64,000 nucleotides of DNA from an uncultured Spirochaetia bacterium (lineage in GTDB: Bacteria; Spirochaetota; Spirochaetia; JABEVK01), in NCBI GenBank assembly GCA_937960645.1, contig CALGPJ010000012.1:2702-66701 (forward strand), in the 5' to 3' direction. Under the pieces are notes generated by a model. That model saw only the letters and a list, made by a program, of their open reading frames with translations, was not told where the DNA came from and did not search any database. Positions 51,082 through 61,048 of this stretch are shown piece by piece. Every line of letters begins with the position of its first letter. Position 1 is the stretch's first letter. The translations under genes and the position numbers were made by a program.

Positions 51082-52779
51082 ATGCCAAAAATCGAAGTCA
51101 ACTACAAAGTGCTGGAACGGTTAGCCGGCCAAACCTGGAAGAACATCGAGGAGCTGGAAAGAGACCTGGTCAACCTCAAGGGGGAACTGGACGGAAGGGA
51201 AGGCGACGAGCTGAAACTGGAATTCAACGACACCAACCGGCCCGACCTCTGGTCGACGGCCGGTGCTGCCCGAGCCCTGAGGTGTTATCGGACCGCCGAT
51301 CCCCCGTCCTACGATTTTTTTTCCCGCGCAGATAAGCCGCTTGAAGCCGAACAACGCGTGATCCGGGTGGACCCCGCCCTAAAGGACATCCGCCCTCACA
51401 TCGCGGCCTTCGTGGCCAGGGGGCCGGCCCTCGACGATGCCGGTCTGAGGGACCTGATTCAAACCCAGGAGAAACTCTGCTGGAATTACGGGCGCAAGCG
51501 CCGCAGTATCGCCATGGGAGTGTACCGCTCACAGCAACTCCATTGGCCCCTCACCTACACGGCCAGGGATCCCCACTCGACCCGATTCGTCCCCCTGGGG
51601 ATGGAGGAGGAACTGAGCCTGGTGGACATCCTCGAGAAGCACCCGAAAGGGAAGGAGTACGGCCACATCGTCAAGGGGTTCTCCCTCTATCCCTTTTTGC
51701 AGGATGCCGATGGCAAGGTGCTGAGCTTTCCGCCCATCATCAACGCAGCGCACCTGGGTGCCGTCGAGGTTGGGGATAGTGAGGTACTGGTGGAACTTAC
51801 CGGCACCGAGCTGCCCTCGCTGAGCCTCGCTGCCGCCATCGTGGCCTGCGATCTGGCCGACCAGGGCTTTATCATCCTGCCCGTCAGGATCGAGTACCCC
51901 GAACCCACACCCTGGGGATCCACCCTGGTTTACCCCTACTACTTCCAACCCTCAGCCCGTGCAAAAACGAGCGCCTGCACCCGGCTCCTCGGTCTGGAAC
52001 TCTCTCCCGATGACATCACGACGGCGCTGAAGCGGATGGGGCTGGAAGCGCGATTCGCGGGGGACTCTTTTGAAGTGGCCCCGCCGCCGTACCGAAACGA
52101 TTTTTTGCACGAGGTGGACCTGATCGAGGACGTGATGATCGGCCATGGCCTGACCCGGTTCACGCCCACCCAACCCCGCGAGAGCACCATTGGGCGGTTG
52201 ACGCCCATGGAAGAGCTCGTGCGCCAGGTCCGCGATTTGATGGTGGGCCTGGGATTTCAGGAGATGATTTACAACTACCTCGGCTCGGGCCGGGACTTCA
52301 TCGAGAAAATGGGCATCGACGGCAGCCATCTGGTACGCATCCTCAACCCCATGACCGAAAACTACGAATACGTGCGCAACTCGATCGCCCCCAACCTCCT
52401 GGAATCCGAGTCGGTGAGCGGCGGGGCCATCTACCCCCACCGCATCTTCGAGATCGGCAAGGTGGCGGTGCGGGACGACTCGGACGTGAGCGGCACGGTC
52501 ACCCTGGACCAGCTGGGTTTCCTGATTGCCGATCGAAGCGCCGATTTCAACCAGATCAACGCGGTGGTCTACGCCCTGGCCTACTACCTCCACGTGGACT
52601 GGAACGTTCAGGAATCCAGCGATCCCCGGTTTCTACCGGGACGAGCCGCCCGCCTGGTGAAGAACGACCAAACCCTGGCCGTCTTCGGGGAGATTCACCC
52701 CCAGGTGTTGGAAAATTGGGACATCGGTGTCCCCTGCGCATACGCAGAATGGAACCTGGGAGCACTCATCGATGGCTAA
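51082..52779 (+). CDS. pheT: phenylalanine--tRNA ligase beta subunit, archaeal/eukaryal type
   Basis: 565 aa against roughly 800 aa in bacterial-type PheT. B3/4- and B5-like layout, directly after pheS. Confidence 0.9.
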   Translation: MPKIEVNYKVLERLAGQTWKNIEELERDLVNLKGELDGREGDELKLEFNDTNRPDLWSTAGAARALRCYRTADPPSYDFFSRADKPLEAEQRVIRVDPALKDIRPHIAAFVARGPALDDAGLRDLIQTQEKLCWNYGRKRRSIAMGVYRSQQLHWPLTYTARDPHSTRFVPLGMEEELSLVDILEKHPKGKEYGHIVKGFSLYPFLQDADGKVLSFPPIINAAHLGAVEVGDSEVLVELTGTELPSLSLAAAIVACDLADQGFIILPVRIEYPEPTPWGSTLVYPYYFQPSARAKTSACTRLLGLELSPDDITTALKRMGLEARFAGDSFEVAPPPYRNDFLHEVDLIEDVMIGHGLTRFTPTQPRESTIGRLTPMEELVRQVRDLMVGLGFQEMIYNYLGSGRDFIEKMGIDGSHLVRILNPMTENYEYVRNSIAPNLLESESVSGGAIYPHRIFEIGKVAVRDDSDVSGTVTLDQLGFLIADRSADFNQINAVVYALAYYLHVDWNVQESSDPRFLPGRAARLVKNDQTLAVFGEIHPQVLENWDIGVPCAYAEWNLGALIDG

Positions 52780-53923
52780 ACAAAAAATCCTCTATTGTTT
52801 TTTCAAGACCGGAGGCGGTCACTTTTTCAGCGCCAAGGCCCTGGCCAGGGCGGTGGAGCAGACCTACCCCGATACGGAAAGCGTTCTGGTCGATGGCCTC
52901 CCCGACGGGCCGAGTTTCTGGCGAACCTTTCTGGAAGACGGTTACCGTTTTGCCGTCCAGGACTGGCCCTTTCTCTGGCCCCTGCTTTATAACATCAGCC
53001 GGCTCCGACCCGTGCGTTTTTTTCAGCTCCTCAATATCGACAACATCTGCAGCCGCCACCTCCAGGAGCAAATCCTGCGTCACCAGCCCACCCGGATCGT
53101 GGTCTTGCATTTCCTGCTGGTGCGGCCCGTCGTCAAGGCCGTCCGCCGGCTGGGGCTCGACATCCCCGTGCGCGAAGTGGTCACCGACCCCTTCACGGTG
53201 CATCCGTTTTGGTGGCACCACCGCAATGTCCCCGCCGCCGTCTTCTCCGAGAGGGCCCGCAACGACGCGATCAAACACGGGTGGAAGCCCGAGTACCTCA
53301 CCGTCTTTCCCATCATGCTTCGGCCGGAGTTTTCCGGCCCCCTGCCGCCCGAACAGATTTCTCAGAAGAGGCAGCAATTCAACCTGGGCAACGACAAGCC
53401 CGTCATTCTCCTCGCCGGCGGCGGGGACGGCCTGCCGGATGCCGACAAGCTGCTGGCCGAATGCGACCGCCTCGGTCTCGATGCACGTTTCCTGGTGGTC
53501 TGCGGTAAAAACGAAAAACTGCGGGCAGTTGTTCAAAAACTTGTCGACCAAAACCCCCGGCTGACCGAGCGAACCCAGGTGTTCGGCTTCGTGGACTTCA
53601 TGTTCGACCTGATGAACATGGCGGACATCATCGTCACCAAGGGCGGACCCGCCACCATCATGGAAATCCTCCTGATCGGCAAGCCGCCGTTGGTAATCAA
53701 CTACATCTACGGCCAGGAGCAGGGCAACGTGGACTTTCTGCTGGAGCACCGCATCGGGACCTACATTCCCAGCCCCCGAAAGATGGCCCTCGAGCTCAAA
53801 AAACTTCTCGACAACCCCGCCGAGCTCACTGCGATGGTGGACCGTATTCGAAAACTGAACCTCACCAACGGCACCCCCGAGGTGGCGCGTTGGGTGATCG
53901 AAAGCCGAGATCCCAAAAGCTGA
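52772..53923 (+). CDS. MGDG-synthase-like (GT28) diacylglycerol glycosyltransferase
   Basis: KILYCFFKTGGGHFFSAKAL, VILLAGGGDG, IIVTKGGPATIMEILL. Start at ATG 52772, overlapping the pheT end by 8 nt. Confidence 0.8.
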   Translation: MAKQKILYCFFKTGGGHFFSAKALARAVEQTYPDTESVLVDGLPDGPSFWRTFLEDGYRFAVQDWPFLWPLLYNISRLRPVRFFQLLNIDNICSRHLQEQILRHQPTRIVVLHFLLVRPVVKAVRRLGLDIPVREVVTDPFTVHPFWWHHRNVPAAVFSERARNDAIKHGWKPEYLTVFPIMLRPEFSGPLPPEQISQKRQQFNLGNDKPVILLAGGGDGLPDADKLLAECDRLGLDARFLVVCGKNEKLRAVVQKLVDQNPRLTERTQVFGFVDFMFDLMNMADIIVTKGGPATIMEILLIGKPPLVINYIYGQEQGNVDFLLEHRIGTYIPSPRKMALELKKLLDNPAELTAMVDRIRKLNLTNGTPEVARWVIESRDPKS

Positions 53924-53926
53924 AAC

Positions 53927-54286
53927 CTAGATCAGGAACACCAGGCTGGCCCCGCTGCCGCCCCAACGCGCGGGAGCCTTTTTAACCTTGATCCCCTTCT
54001 GGGCCGCCACCCACCTTAGAAAGGATGTTTTGAGCACCCCTTCTCCGGCCGAATGCAGTCCCTTGCCGTGGATCACCAGAATCTTTTTCAAGTTGCGATG
54101 GCGGGCCCCCTGAAGAAACTGGTCCAATCGCCTGAGAGCGGATTCTCGATCCAAACCGTGAAGGTCGAGGGTATCCTGGGGCTCGAGGACGTTTTTTTCC
54201 CATTGGCTGAGAGGTGGGTGATTTTCGTTTTCGGAGTCCTTGGCCGGAGGCTCGAATCGATCCAGGTAATCGTACCAATTTTTCAT
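53927..54286 (-). CDS. Smr-domain protein
   Basis: LDLHGLDRESALRRLDQFL ... ILVIHGKG. Only the 119 C-terminal codons of ORF 53927..54559 are taken; the rest overlaps the glycosylase gene. Confidence 0.8.
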   Translation of the reverse strand: MKNWYDYLDRFEPPAKDSENENHPPLSQWEKNVLEPQDTLDLHGLDRESALRRLDQFLQGARHRNLKKILVIHGKGLHSAGEGVLKTSFLRWVAAQKGIKVKKAPARWGGSGASLVFLI

Positions 54287-54301
54287 TTTATGTAATTTAA
54301 C

Positions 54302-55015
54302 ATGGAATACCAGACTTTGACACAGTCCTTGCCCGATCGAGGCGCTCACGATAAGCTGGCAGCGATCATGGAAACCACTTTTCAGGATGAATGGAATCAG
54401 GCGGTCGCGTTCCTTGCCGCATCGGACCCGGTTCTCCAGCCTGTGCTGGAAGCCTACAAGGGGGAAATCCTTCATCGAAGCCCCGACGCCCTGTCGACAC
54501 TCATGAACGCCGTCGTGGGTCAGCAGGTGTCCGTCCACGCCGCCGAGGCAATCTGGCAACGTCTTTTGGCCAGATTCAAGGGCAGGGGCGGTGTCATCAG
54601 CGGCCCGAGGTTAGCCGCGGCCTCCGATGAGGAGCTACGTGCCTGCGGCCTGTCACGACAAAAAATCGCTTACCTGAGGGGCATCGTTCAAGAGTTTCGC
54701 GAGGGTTTCTTTTCAAACCCCGAGTGGCGGAATCTGGACGATGCCAGTATTCTGCAGCACCTCGTGAAGTTGAAAGGAGTCGGCACCTGGACCGCTCACA
54801 TGCTGATGATCTTCCACCTGGGAAGGTTGGATATTCTGCCCGACGAGGATTTGGGTCTGATCAAGTCATTCAAAAAGGTCTATGGTTTTGACGGAATCGA
54901 TCGAGAGGGTCTGCGCCGCCGCCTGAGGGAACAGGCGCAATTGTGGAGGCCCTACCGAACCGTGGCGACCTGGTATTTATGGCGGGTCCTCGACCCCCTG
55001 GTGGTCGCCTACTGA
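54302..55015 (+). CDS. HhH-GPD DNA glycosylase (AlkA-like 3-methyladenine glycosylase II)
   Basis: VGQQVSVHAAEAIWQRL and the HhH LKGVGTWTAHMLMIF, then PDEDLGL with the catalytic Asp. Met23 (54368) is an alternative start. Confidence 0.75.
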   Translation: MEYQTLTQSLPDRGAHDKLAAIMETTFQDEWNQAVAFLAASDPVLQPVLEAYKGEILHRSPDALSTLMNAVVGQQVSVHAAEAIWQRLLARFKGRGGVISGPRLAAASDEELRACGLSRQKIAYLRGIVQEFREGFFSNPEWRNLDDASILQHLVKLKGVGTWTAHMLMIFHLGRLDILPDEDLGLIKSFKKVYGFDGIDREGLRRRLREQAQLWRPYRTVATWYLWRVLDPLVVAY

Positions 55016-55016
55016 G

Positions 55017-55769
55017 CTAGCCGATACATTTGGCGGATCGCCGGGCAACTTCCAGACGCCGCTCCATTTCCACGTCCGAGCGAGTCAGTACATCCAGGAT
55101 GCCCATGGCTCCCTCCGGTAAAAACTCTAACTCTTTGAGCCGCAGGAGGACCTGATCGAAGGGCGGCATAAAATTTTTGTCCATGGTGAACCAGGCTTCG
55201 ACCAGGGTCTCCAGGTACTTGCCCAGGGTCATTTGAAACATGAGCTGATCCCTGGCGTAGGCAGCGATGGCCAGATCGCTAACGAGGTGCTCCAGACGGT
55301 CTCGGAGTAAACCCAGGTGAATGATGAAAAAACTCCCGGGCAAATTGAAGAGGGTATCTTTTTGGCGGTGGATCCAGCCCGAATGATCCCTGAGGACGAT
55401 CCCCTCGGCCACGCGGAAAAAGGGGTAGGTACTTCCGTCCCAATGAAAGTCGTTTTGTTGGACCAACTGCATCAACTCTTCCCACTGGTGACACAGCTTG
55501 TATTCGACATGGATAGGGAGGTTCTTCCAAAAAAAACGATCCTTTGGTTTGCGCTTCGAGGCCTCGAAAAAGCTGGCCTCGGGTATGAGTTTTTTTCGAA
55601 GCTCGAAGTCGGGAAGCTCCTCCTTGAGAAAAACATCGAGTTTGAGGCTGAACAGGGGTTCTTCGTATTCCTTAGGAAGGATGGGAAGGCGGATGATGGC
55701 TTCGACATCTTTGAGCTGTCCGAGGTGCTGAAGCAAATCGTTGATCATTTCCTGCTGGAGGACTACCAT
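55017..55769 (-). CDS. hypothetical protein (250 aa)
   Basis: Long ORF with typical codon style. No motif recognised. Confidence 0.5.
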   Translation of the reverse strand: MVVLQQEMINDLLQHLGQLKDVEAIIRLPILPKEYEEPLFSLKLDVFLKEELPDFELRKKLIPEASFFEASKRKPKDRFFWKNLPIHVEYKLCHQWEELMQLVQQNDFHWDGSTYPFFRVAEGIVLRDHSGWIHRQKDTLFNLPGSFFIIHLGLLRDRLEHLVSDLAIAAYARDQLMFQMTLGKYLETLVEAWFTMDKNFMPPFDQVLLRLKELEFLPEGAMGILDVLTRSDVEMERRLEVARRSAKCIG

Positions 55770-55813
55770 AAATTATTAGTACCACAGCTTCAAAGCCTTG
55801 AAAAGGGGCACCG

Positions 55814-56230
55814 ATGATTTACAAAGTCCTGACTCCGCCGCCCGGTTTTCATGCGTGGCGCCGACTCCAGAACCTCCTGGCAGCTTCAGGGCGGCCCATG
55901 GCTTTGTCCTTACCTCCCCTGTGTGTCCTTGGCGACGAAGAGGCCTTGGTCCGCCTGCCGACGGGTCCCCTGCGCTGGGTACGGACCGCAAACGGATGGG
56001 GCCTGGGACAGGATGACGACACCGAGCGGGCCGCCTTCGGATCACTCGCCCCCTCGTTTTCCTGGCTCTTTCTTCCCTGGGACTGGGAGGATCCGCCGCC
56101 TTTGCAGCTTCCCGACGCGTTTCCTCAAAAAAAATACCGCCTGGCCCTGCTCCATCTGGAGATCTGCCGCGGCGGTATCCGTTGGTACTGGGTTAAGGAG
56201 GAATCCTACCTCCTCCCCGTCGGGCTGTAA
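55814..56230 (+). CDS. hypothetical protein (138 aa), weak call
   Basis: Best of three overlapping ORFs in a very GC-rich 440-bp gap. GC-rich third codon positions fit the local coding style. No motif recognised. Confidence 0.35.
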   Translation: MIYKVLTPPPGFHAWRRLQNLLAASGRPMALSLPPLCVLGDEEALVRLPTGPLRWVRTANGWGLGQDDDTERAAFGSLAPSFSWLFLPWDWEDPPPLQLPDAFPQKKYRLALLHLEICRGGIRWYWVKEESYLLPVGL

Positions 56231-57234
56231 AGATACCGGAAATAGTCCGGGTCGGTCGTCAAAGTCGTTCGGAACCTGGGCATGACCTGGCGGTAACTTT
56301 CGATGGCCCTCCAGAAAGTAAAGAACTCAGGGTCCTGTCGGTAGGCGGTGGCGTAGATGTCGGCCGCCTGGGCATCTGCCCGGCCCTTGATTTCTTCCGC
56401 TTTTCGGTAGGCTTCGGATAGGATGGATCGCTTTTCCCGCTCCATCCTCCCCAGGATTTCGCGTTTTCGTCCCTCACCGAAAGATCGAAGTCCCTCGGCG
56501 ATCTGTTTGCGTTCGGTGATCATCCGATTATAGACGGAGGCGGTCAAATCCTCGGAATATCGTATCTGTCGAATGACCACATCGATGATTTCGATACCGA
56601 ATTCGTTGAGCGTTCGATCTTTGACCCTGTTCAGGATTTGCTGGCTGATCTCCGCCCGGCCGCTTCGTACCTGCGGAAAGGTCCGATTGGTTCCGATGAG
56701 GTCGCGGGCCGCATTGAAACCTTCCTGGTTTTGAGTGGGGTCGACAGCCGAGGCCGATTCGTTCAGCAGGACCTGGGCGGCAATTTCGTTGATGAGGTTG
56801 GTATCCCGCACCGACTCGTGAAGGGGGTTGTTCGAAATCACCGTCCGCGTCGCTGGATCGATGATTTCGTCCAGGCGGGCAAAGGCCCGCTCCAGGGTAT
56901 TGACGCTCTCATAAAACTTGGCAAGGTTGGTGATTCTCCAACGAGCCGTGGTGTCAACCCAAATGAACTGGTTCTCCAGGGTGGGAATCCGCTGGGCCTG
57001 ACCATCCCAGCTCAGAACCTTTTTCGGAAAGATCAGGGCATTTTCGATGAAGGGCATTTTGAAATGCAGGCCGGCCTCGAGGTCGGTCCGGGTGATCCGG
57101 CCGAATTGGGTGACAACGGCCTGTTCCCCTTCGATCACGACATAAAAGGGCCCGGATACCGTAAACAGGAAAATCAACACGCCGAGTGTCACCAGAACGG
57201 CGACAAGGGTGTTCGTGCCTTTGGCCTTGCTCAT
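56206..57234 (-). CDS. hflC: SPFH/band-7 protease modulator HflC
   Basis: N-terminal TM helix plus a prohibitin-homology domain. It is the second gene of the pair and overlaps hflK (ATGA). Confidence 0.85.
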   Translation of the reverse strand: MSKAKGTNTLVAVLVTLGVLIFLFTVSGPFYVVIEGEQAVVTQFGRITRTDLEAGLHFKMPFIENALIFPKKVLSWDGQAQRIPTLENQFIWVDTTARWRITNLAKFYESVNTLERAFARLDEIIDPATRTVISNNPLHESVRDTNLINEIAAQVLLNESASAVDPTQNQEGFNAARDLIGTNRTFPQVRSGRAEISQQILNRVKDRTLNEFGIEIIDVVIRQIRYSEDLTASVYNRMITERKQIAEGLRSFGEGRKREILGRMEREKRSILSEAYRKAEEIKGRADAQAADIYATAYRQDPEFFTFWRAIESYRQVMPRFRTTLTTDPDYFRYLYSPTGRR

Positions 57235-58214
57235 CGCTGACCTCCAGTGACCCCGCCCTGAGGGGGAAGATTCAACAGGGGAACCAGGTTACGCAGGTTT
57301 CTATCGATCAGGGTGGGACCTGTCTGATCCTGGCCATAAATCGCTTCGATGGCCTCGTAATAAAGCCGATTTCGAGTGACCTCGGGGTTTCGGCGGTACT
57401 CGGTCAACACGGCGTTGAATCGGGCGACGTCACCCCGGGCGCGGTTGACGCGTTCGGTGGCGTATCCCTCGGCCACCTGGATCATCTGGTCGGCCTCACC
57501 CCGGGCCTTGGGAATCTCCCGGTTGTACACCTCCTGCCCCTCGTTGATCAACCTGTTCTTATCCTGCTCGGCGATGTTGACATCTTCGAAAGCATCCTGA
57601 ACGGCCCCCTTGGGTGGCACCACGTTACCGAGGTTCACCTGAATGACCTGGATACCAAGACCGAGGTTCTGAAAGTAGGCGTTCATCCTTTCCTGGGCCT
57701 GGGCCATGATGTTGTTACGTTCGCTTCCGATCACGGCGAGGATGGGGCGATCCCCCACGAGCAGGTTCACCACACTTTGGCTGATGTCACGAATCGTCTT
57801 TTCGCGGTCCAAAACATGGAACATCCAATTTTTAGGGTCCACGATTCGATACTGGATGACCCACTGAATATCCACGATGTTCAAATCGCCGGTGAGCATC
57901 AGGCTCTCGTTGGAAAAATCCTTCGAAGAAAGACGAGACTGGACACCTGCGGACTCTGTCCGGTAACCGAACTCGTAATTCTGAACGACACGGGTCGGTA
58001 CCAGGTAGACATTTTCCAGGAAGGGAAGTTTGAACTTCATGCCCGGCCCCTCGGTCCGTTGGTAGCGGCCAAGAAAGGTGACGACGGCCTCCTGGGTTTG
58101 ATCGACCATGTAAATCGACTGGAATACCAAAAACACGGCTGCGATCACACCGACCACCAGAAGCACGAGGCGCGGCGTCAGGGCGATCTTGAAGCCTTGA
58201 AAAGAATCCGACAA
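57231..58214 (-). CDS. hflK: SPFH/band-7 protease modulator HflK
   Basis: N-terminal TM helix plus a prohibitin-homology domain (VVTFLGRYQRT ... LMLTGDLNIVDIQWVIQYRI). Confidence 0.85.
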   Translation of the reverse strand: MSDSFQGFKIALTPRLVLLVVGVIAAVFLVFQSIYMVDQTQEAVVTFLGRYQRTEGPGMKFKLPFLENVYLVPTRVVQNYEFGYRTESAGVQSRLSSKDFSNESLMLTGDLNIVDIQWVIQYRIVDPKNWMFHVLDREKTIRDISQSVVNLLVGDRPILAVIGSERNNIMAQAQERMNAYFQNLGLGIQVIQVNLGNVVPPKGAVQDAFEDVNIAEQDKNRLINEGQEVYNREIPKARGEADQMIQVAEGYATERVNRARGDVARFNAVLTEYRRNPEVTRNRLYYEAIEAIYGQDQTGPTLIDRNLRNLVPLLNLPPQGGVTGGQR

Positions 58215-58240
58215 GGGTCCCTCCTTACACGGGGTTTGTA

Positions 58241-59452
58241 TCAGTACCCTTGCATTGAATCAGATCGTTGGGCATTTTTCAAGCGTTGGACCAGCTCCAT
58301 CGTCCAGGGATTACGAACACCGCGGCGCAGCAATTGGTCCAATAAAATCTGGGCCTCGTTCCATTGCTTGGTTTCGATGTAACATTCGGTGAGTTCCTGA
58401 AAGATTCGGGTATTGTTGGGATCGTTCTTGAGGATGCCTTTCAGGCTGAGGATGGCCTTGTCCCATTCCTTGAGTTGCTTGTGTACCAGGGCCAGGCCCA
58501 GAACCGCATAGAGGTCGTATTCGATATTGAGTGCACGGTTATAGTACTCCTGGGCCTCCTGGAAGCGGCCCATTTGCCGCAGCGCATCCCCCACACGGGT
58601 CATAATCACCTTGTTTTTGCTGTCAAACTCCAGAATCTTTTCCCAGAAATACAGACTTTTCTCGGGATCGTTCAGGCCGCGGTAACAGTCGGCCAGGCCG
58701 AACAGGGCGTAAAAGTTTTGAGGTTCCACCTCGAGGACCTTCATGAAATAGGGGATGCCCTTTTCGTAAGTTTTGAGTTTTCGATGACAATTGCCCAGGG
58801 AGGTGAGGATTCGCACATCGGCATGTTTGGGGTCGGTGTTGTAAACTTGTTCCCAGGCCTTCAGTGCCTCGCGATAGTCCTTGAAATCGTAGTACAGGTG
58901 CCCCAGACCGATGAGAGCGAAGGGGTTGGTCGGTTCCAGGCTGAGAACACGGTAATAATATTCGCGGGACTGGGTGAAGTCTCGAATTTTTCGATAACTG
59001 TCCGCAATCCGAGTGAGCACGGTCACATTCTCCGGATCCTTTTTGATCACCTCCAACCAGATTTGGAGGGCTTTTTGGAACAGACCCAGCGCCTTGTAGA
59101 CGTCGGCCATCCCGAAGATTGCATAAGAGTTGTTCGGATGAAGTTCCAGACAGCGCTGATAAAACTCGAGGGCTCGCTTGTAATCCTTTTTCTTTTTCTC
59201 GACGTCTCCCATCCCGACGAGGGCATAGTTGTTGTCGGGGTCCCGCTGAAGGATCTCCTCGAACGCGGACTGGGCTTCCGGGAGAACGTTTTCCTTGAGA
59301 TACTCATAGGCTCTTTTCGAGAGCAGGGCCAATTCGTCCTCACCATGGATGGGCTGAGAGATCAACTCAGGTTCGTTTTGATAATGTTCCTGTTCAAAGT
59401 TCACGAATCGCTCCTCAGCCATATTTTCAAAACCTCCGCCATTTTCGAACAA
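58241..59452 (-). CDS. TPR-repeat protein
   Basis: About 9 consecutive TPR units, for example YALVGMGDVEKKKKDYKRALEFYQRCLELHPNN. Met11 (59422) is an alternative start. Confidence 0.75.
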   Translation of the reverse strand: MFENGGGFENMAEERFVNFEQEHYQNEPELISQPIHGEDELALLSKRAYEYLKENVLPEAQSAFEEILQRDPDNNYALVGMGDVEKKKKDYKRALEFYQRCLELHPNNSYAIFGMADVYKALGLFQKALQIWLEVIKKDPENVTVLTRIADSYRKIRDFTQSREYYYRVLSLEPTNPFALIGLGHLYYDFKDYREALKAWEQVYNTDPKHADVRILTSLGNCHRKLKTYEKGIPYFMKVLEVEPQNFYALFGLADCYRGLNDPEKSLYFWEKILEFDSKNKVIMTRVGDALRQMGRFQEAQEYYNRALNIEYDLYAVLGLALVHKQLKEWDKAILSLKGILKNDPNNTRIFQELTECYIETKQWNEAQILLDQLLRRGVRNPWTMELVQRLKNAQRSDSMQGY

Positions 59453-59736
59453 ATGATACCGATCTTTTCCTTGTTATCGGCAAAGTAGAAAAACCGCAGC
59501 GCCTCCAGATATTCTCCCTTTTGAAAAAGGGCCACGCCGACCTTGGTCATTCCTTCCTTGTAATTCGTCGTAAAGAAGATTTTCTTGGCTCGGTCCAGGT
59601 CCCCCCGAGCCAGAAGTTCGTTACCCATACGGATCAGGGCAATTCGCTTCTCGTCGGACAAGTCCGAACCCTGGGGTTTTGTGAGTTTGATAAAACCTTC
59701 CGCAGGTATCTCCGGCGGAAGTCCACTTTGTTTCAT
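59401..59736 (-). CDS. small hypothetical protein with TPR-like helix pair
   Basis: 111 codons from ATG 59736; the GTG at 59739 is the ORF-track start. A leadered promoter TTGCAC-N17-TATTCT lies upstream. Confidence 0.45.
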   Translation of the reverse strand: MKQSGLPPEIPAEGFIKLTKPQGSDLSDEKRIALIRMGNELLARGDLDRAKKIFFTTNYKEGMTKVGVALFQKGEYLEALRFFYFADNKEKIGIICSKMAEVLKIWLRSDS

Positions 59737-59842
59737 CACTCTGGACCTACTTATTCTAGAATACTAAAAGAATCAAAAAAGTGCAAATCGGCGTCGAATC
59801 ATCTTGACAAACTTTATCGAGGGGTCATCCGGACAGATCTCT

Positions 59843-60415
59843 TCAGAGTAACCCCTTGGTGCTGGGAACCTCACCACCTGTATTTCGATAGGCGGCGGCC
59901 ATGGCCCTCCCCAGGGCCTTGAAAAGGCTTTCCACCATGTGATGCGCATTTTCGCCGTAGCGGCACCGGGCATGCAGGGCTATTTGGGCCTTTTGGGACA
60001 GGGCCAGGAGGAACTCCCGGATGAGCCACAGATCGAACTGGCCCGCACGCATCTGCGGATAGTTCGCCGTGTAGACGCAGACCGGGCGGCCGCACACGTC
60101 GATGCTCACCTCGCTGAGGGACTCATCCATGGGAACCACGGCATGACCGAACCGCTCGAACCCGCTCAGCCCCTGCTGGTATTGGTGTAGGGCCATGCCC
60201 AGGACCAACCCGACATCCTCCACCAGGTGATGGGGATCGACTTCGACATCCCCATCCGCCTTTAAACCCAGGTAGAACCGCCCGTGAAAGGCCATCGAGC
60301 TCAAGAGATGGTCGAAGAAGGGAAGCGGGGTGCGGATTTGGGGAGGCAGGGCCGCCCCCATGTCCAGTTCCAGCTCGATTTTGGTTTCTTTGGTGGTCCG
60401 TTGCAGACTGATCAT
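59843..60415 (-). CDS. hisB: imidazoleglycerol-phosphate dehydratase
   Basis: TTKETKIELELDM, PFFDHLLSSMAFHG, DPHHLVEDVG. Confidence 0.9.
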   Translation of the reverse strand: MISLQRTTKETKIELELDMGAALPPQIRTPLPFFDHLLSSMAFHGRFYLGLKADGDVEVDPHHLVEDVGLVLGMALHQYQQGLSGFERFGHAVVPMDESLSEVSIDVCGRPVCVYTANYPQMRAGQFDLWLIREFLLALSQKAQIALHARCRYGENAHHMVESLFKALGRAMAAAYRNTGGEVPSTKGLL

Positions 60416-60427
60416 GAGCCCTCCCGT

Positions 60428-61048
60428 TCAAGCATCGGCAGACGAAAGGCGGACGATGAGCCTTTCGATTTGTCGATAGTGCCATTTCCAGTAAGCGCGG
60501 TTGGCCACGAGGTGGACCTTGATTTTCTTGAGCTCTTCGATCACCCTCAGGCCGTGAGCTCGGAGGGTGGAGCCGGTCTCGACCAGATCGACGATGTAGG
60601 GAGCTAGCTCCAGCACCGGGGCCAGTTCTACCGAGCCGTCCAGCTTTATCAGCCTCACCGGCACCCCGCGCTCGTGGAAGTAGTCGTGGGTGAAGCGCAC
60701 GAACTTGGTGGCGATGGTCATGGGGCCCCATTTGGGCCGCTGAAGATCGCTCCTGCCGGCCAGGGCCATGGTGGTTCCACCAAAAGGCAGTTCCAACAGC
60801 CGCACGAGCTCATCCCCGTATTCATACAAAACATCTTCCCCACAGATCCCCAGGCCGGCGATACCATAACGGAGATACGTGGGCAAATCGGCATTCTTGA
60901 CGAGGATGAGCTTCAAAAGTCCATCCGGGTCGTGGGCGATCAATTTTCGATCTTCGAAGGTGATGTCGATTCCTCTTTCCGAGGCGTAGGCGAGGACCTG
61001 GTCCAGTAGCCGCCCCTTAGAAAGTGCCAGGGTGAGGTGTCGACTCAT
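60428..61048 (-). CDS. hisG: ATP phosphoribosyltransferase, short (HisZ-dependent) form
   Basis: LTLALSKGRLL, DLVETGSTLRAHGL. 206 aa. Confidence 0.9.
   Translation of the reverse strand: MSRHLTLALSKGRLLDQVLAYASERGIDITFEDRKLIAHDPDGLLKLILVKNADLPTYLRYGIAGLGICGEDVLYEYGDELVRLLELPFGGTTMALAGRSDLQRPKWGPMTIATKFVRFTHDYFHERGVPVRLIKLDGSVELAPVLELAPYIVDLVETGSTLRAHGLRVIEELKKIKVHLVANRAYWKWHYRQIERLIVRLSSADA

Noticed and set aside
49812-51101. 429-aa minus-strand ORF
   Set aside because: It is antisense to pheS.
52716-53564. 282-aa alternate-frame ORF overlapping the glycosyltransferase gene
   Set aside because: It is a low-complexity Ser/Pro/Arg translation. The 52772 frame carries the GT28 motifs.
54287-54301. 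Divergent leaderless pair at smr / alkA-like
   Set aside because: smr has TAAATT-N7-ATG, but its -35 (TGTCAA) is poor. The 15-bp spacer cannot hold a plus-strand promoter unless the glycosylase starts at Met23. The evidence is ambiguous.
57186-59488. Plus-strand ORFs 57186..58382 and 58364..59488
   Set aside because: They are antisense to hflK and the TPR gene.
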